Shown one piece after another: positions 59,315-64,000 of a stretch of 64,000 bases of DNA (the first letter of the stretch is position 1; every line of letters starts with the position of its first letter). The translations under genes and the position numbers were made by a program. The DNA comes from an uncultured Gemmatimonadales bacterium (GTDB lineage: Bacteria > Gemmatimonadota > Gemmatimonadetes > Gemmatimonadales > GWC2-71-9). The stretch lies in contig CAWCVB010000006.1 of NCBI GenBank assembly GCA_963798915.1, positions 320,001 through 384,000 on the forward strand, given 5' to 3'. The notes under the pieces were generated by a model. It was given only the letters and a program-made list of their open reading frames with translations, was not told the origin of the DNA and ran no database searches.

Positions 59315-60268
59315 ATGACGGACCTCTCAATGTCGCGGAGCCAGATGCTCCTGATGAGCGGGACGGCCAATCGGCCCCTGGCTGAGGAGGTGGCGGCACA
59401 CCTTGGCCAGCCGCTCTGCGCCATCACCATCCGGCGCTTCGCCGATGGCGAGATCTTCGTCAAGATCGACGAGAACGTGCGGGGACGGGATGTCTACATC
59501 ATCCAGTCCACCAACCCGCCGGCCGAGAACATGATGGAGCTGCTGCTCCTGATGGATGCCGCCCGGCGGGCCAGCGCGGCACGGATCACGGCCGTCATAC
59601 CCTACTTCGGGTATGCCCGGCAGGATCGTAAAGACCAGCCGCGGGTGGCCATCAGCGCCAAACTCATGGCCAACATGGTCTCCATGGCGGGGGCAGACCG
59701 GGTGCTGGCCATGGATTTCCACCAGCACCAGTTGCAGGGCTTCTTCGACCTGCCGGTGGATCACCTCTATGCGGCGCCGGTACTGGTGAACCATTTTCGC
59801 CAGAAGCAGCTGCGCGACCTGGTCATTGTGGCGCCCGATGTAGGCAGCGCCAAGATGGCGCGCGGCTTTGCCAAGCGACTGAACGCCTCGCTGGCCATTA
59901 TCGACAAGCGTCGGCCGTCGGCCAACGTGGCCGAGGTCCTCAACGTGGTCGGTGAAGTCGGTGGCCGGGATTGCATCATTCCGGACGACATGATCGACAC
60001 GGCCGGGACCATGTCCGAAGCGGTAAACGCGCTGAAGCGGCTCGGGGCCGAGGACGTGTACTGCTGCGCCACGCATGGCCTCCTGTCGGGCCCGGCGGTG
60101 GATCGCCTGGTGGCGTCGCCGGTGAAAGAAGTCGTAGTGACGAACACGATCGACATTCCGGCCGGGCGGCGCTTTGACCGGTTGCGGGTGCTTTCGATCG
60201 CCGGATTGCTGTCCAAGGCTGTGGGATATACCCACAGCGACCAGTCGGTCAGCTCGCTGTTCGAATGA
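59315..60268 (+). CDS. prs: ribose-phosphate pyrophosphokinase
   Basis: FADGE, PYFGYARQDRK, VAPDVG and DDMIDTAGT. Confidence 0.97.
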   Translation: MTDLSMSRSQMLLMSGTANRPLAEEVAAHLGQPLCAITIRRFADGEIFVKIDENVRGRDVYIIQSTNPPAENMMELLLLMDAARRASAARITAVIPYFGYARQDRKDQPRVAISAKLMANMVSMAGADRVLAMDFHQHQLQGFFDLPVDHLYAAPVLVNHFRQKQLRDLVIVAPDVGSAKMARGFAKRLNASLAIIDKRRPSANVAEVLNVVGEVGGRDCIIPDDMIDTAGTMSEAVNALKRLGAEDVYCCATHGLLSGPAVDRLVASPVKEVVVTNTIDIPAGRRFDRLRVLSIAGLLSKAVGYTHSDQSVSSLFE

Positions 60269-60307
60269 CGGGCGCGCCCCTGCGCCGATGACACGAAGGA
60301 ATCAGAC

Positions 60308-60973
60308 ATGGCAAACCAGGTGAAGCTTGCGGCTGGCAGCCGCACGATGACCGGCAAGGGCGCCGCGCGCTCCGTCCGCCGCGAGGGCAAAGTCCCCGCC
60401 GTGGTATATGGCCACGGCCGCACGCCCGAACCCCTGCTGCTGGACGGCGCCGCCCTCGGCCGCGCGCTGCAGGGCGCGACGGCCGCCACCATGCTCGAGG
60501 TGACGGTGGACGACCGGGCGCCCATTCGCGCCCTGATTCGTGAGGTGCAGCGCGATCCGCTCCGCACCGCCAATATCCTGCATGTCGACTTCTATGAGGT
60601 CCACGCGGACGAGAAACTCACCGTCAGCGTGCCGGTCCACCTCACGGGTGTGCCTGATGGCGTGCGGAACTTTGGTGGCGTGCTCGATCATGTGCGCCGT
60701 GAACTCGAGATCGAGGTCTTCCCCGGCGACATTCCAGACAGCATTGACGTCGATGTGACCGGTCTGACGATCGGCCGCTCAATCTTCGTGCGCGACATTC
60801 ACCTGGAGCGCGCTGAAATCCTGGACGATCCGGACCAGCCCATCGCCACGGTGGTCGCGCCCCGGACGGAGGAGGCCGCGGCCGTCGCGGTGGAGGAAGC
60901 TCCCTCCCTTGAGCCGGAACTCATCCGCAAGGCTAAGGCCGATGAGGACGAGGGCGAAGCCGAGGAAGAGTAA
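60308..60973 (+). CDS. rplY: 50S ribosomal protein L25 (Ctc form)
   Basis: GKGAARSVRREGKVPAVVYG, ILHVDF and acidic tail. Confidence 0.95.
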   Translation: MANQVKLAAGSRTMTGKGAARSVRREGKVPAVVYGHGRTPEPLLLDGAALGRALQGATAATMLEVTVDDRAPIRALIREVQRDPLRTANILHVDFYEVHADEKLTVSVPVHLTGVPDGVRNFGGVLDHVRRELEIEVFPGDIPDSIDVDVTGLTIGRSIFVRDIHLERAEILDDPDQPIATVVAPRTEEAAAVAVEEAPSLEPELIRKAKADEDEGEAEEE

Positions 60974-60976
60974 GTC

Positions 60977-61539
60977 CTGCGCACGATCGTCGGCCTGGGC
61001 AATCCGGGCCCGGAGTACGCTGGCACTCGCCACAATGCTGGATTCCGGCTGGTGGACCACCTCGCCACGCGGTGGCACGCTCCAGCCTTCCGGCGGGCGG
61101 AGCGCGGGCGCGAGGCGATTGTCCGGGTAGACGACCGGGACATCCGGCTGCTCAAGCCGCAGACCTACATGAATCGGAGCGGCGCAGCACTCGCGCCGCT
61201 CCTCGCCGACGACTCGTTCGATCCCAGTCGCGATCTGCTCATCCTGGTGGACGATGTCGCCATCGCCGTGGGCCGGTTTCGCCTCCGGGGAGCCGGCTCC
61301 GACGGTGGCCATAATGGGCTGCGCAGCGTCGAGGCAACGCTGCGACGCCAGGATTACGCCCGTCTCCGGATCGGGGTCGGGCCACGGCCTCCCGGCGTCG
61401 AGGACCTGGCCGATTTTGTTCTTGGCGAGTTCAGCCAGGATGAGAACGCGGTGCTGAATGACCTACTCGACCCCATGGCGGACGCGGTGGCCTGCTGGCT
61501 GGAGATGGGCATCGAGGGAGCCATGAGCAGATTCAACCG

Positions 61540-61543
<4 letters not shown>
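60977..61543 (+). CDS. pth: peptidyl-tRNA hydrolase (probable CTG start)
   Basis: (M)[38 protein letters not shown] and RLRIGVG. Confidence 0.95.
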
Positions 61544-63614
<2,071 letters not shown>

Positions 63615-63624
63615 GGCCGCCCGT

Positions 63625-64000
63625 ATGCTCCGGCTCGGCATCGTCGGCCTCCCAAACGTCGGCAAGAGCACCCTCTTCAATGCGCTCACGTCGGCGGGAG
63701 CGTTGGTGGCGAACTATCCGTTCGCGACCATCGAACCCAACACCGGGGTCGTGCAGGTTCCGGACAGCCGGCTGAGGGACCTCGCCCGCCTGGTCTCCCC
63801 TCAGCGTGTCGTGCCTGCAACGGTCGAGTTTGTCGATATCGCCGGGTTGGTGAAAGGCGCCAGTGCCGGGGAAGGACTCGGGAATCAGTTCCTCGCCAAC
63901 ATCCGCGAAGTCGACGCCATCGTCCATGTGGTCCGATGTTTCGAGGATGATGATATCCAGCATGTGATGGGATCGGTCGATCCGGTCCGCGATCGCGAAA
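63625..64000 (+). CDS. ychF: redox-regulated ATPase YchF (partial, runs off window end)
   Basis: [29 protein letters not shown] and DIAGLVKGA...GLGNQFL. Confidence 0.96.
   Translation, partial: MLRLGIVGLPNVGKSTLFNALTSAGALVANYPFATIEPNTGVVQVPDSRLRDLARLVSPQRVVPATVEFVDIAGLVKGASAGEGLGNQFLANIREVDAIVHVVRCFEDDDIQHVMGSVDPVRDRE

Overview
A high-GC bacterial chromosomal window, mostly housekeeping; gene content and order suggest Gemmatimonadota (inference). It holds about 55 CDSs. Translation and RNA modification: tilS, thrS, valS, gltX, selA, rsmI, rplY, pth, ychF. Metabolism: eno, plsC-like, thiL, nnr, glyA, rpiB, leucine dehydrogenase, hbd, thiolase, purN/purH, pdxJ, ispE, prs, mce, trxA, a frameshifted membrane pyrophosphatase. 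Transport and others: bioY, tupABC, ftsB, a JAB-DinG helicase, and a DUF4159/DUF4175/TPR cluster. Four tRNAs are present: Met-CAT, Ser-TGA, Ser-GCT, Gln-TTG. I found no integrase, transposase, prophage, rRNA or cas gene. Most notable: (1) a coupled GNAT / BKACE (DUF849) / QueC-like PP-loop Zn operon upstream of tilS that fits no pathway I recognise; (2) two spacer-separated 33-nt repeats carrying the tRNA-Met 3' end; (3) thiL, dinG and pth appear to need CTG starts; (4) heptamer-built hairpins after tRNAs, one with G-quadruplex potential; (5) a tandem His-less HPt-like protein and a lipoprotein with a LecB-like motif. All calls come from reading motifs by eye; no database searches were run.
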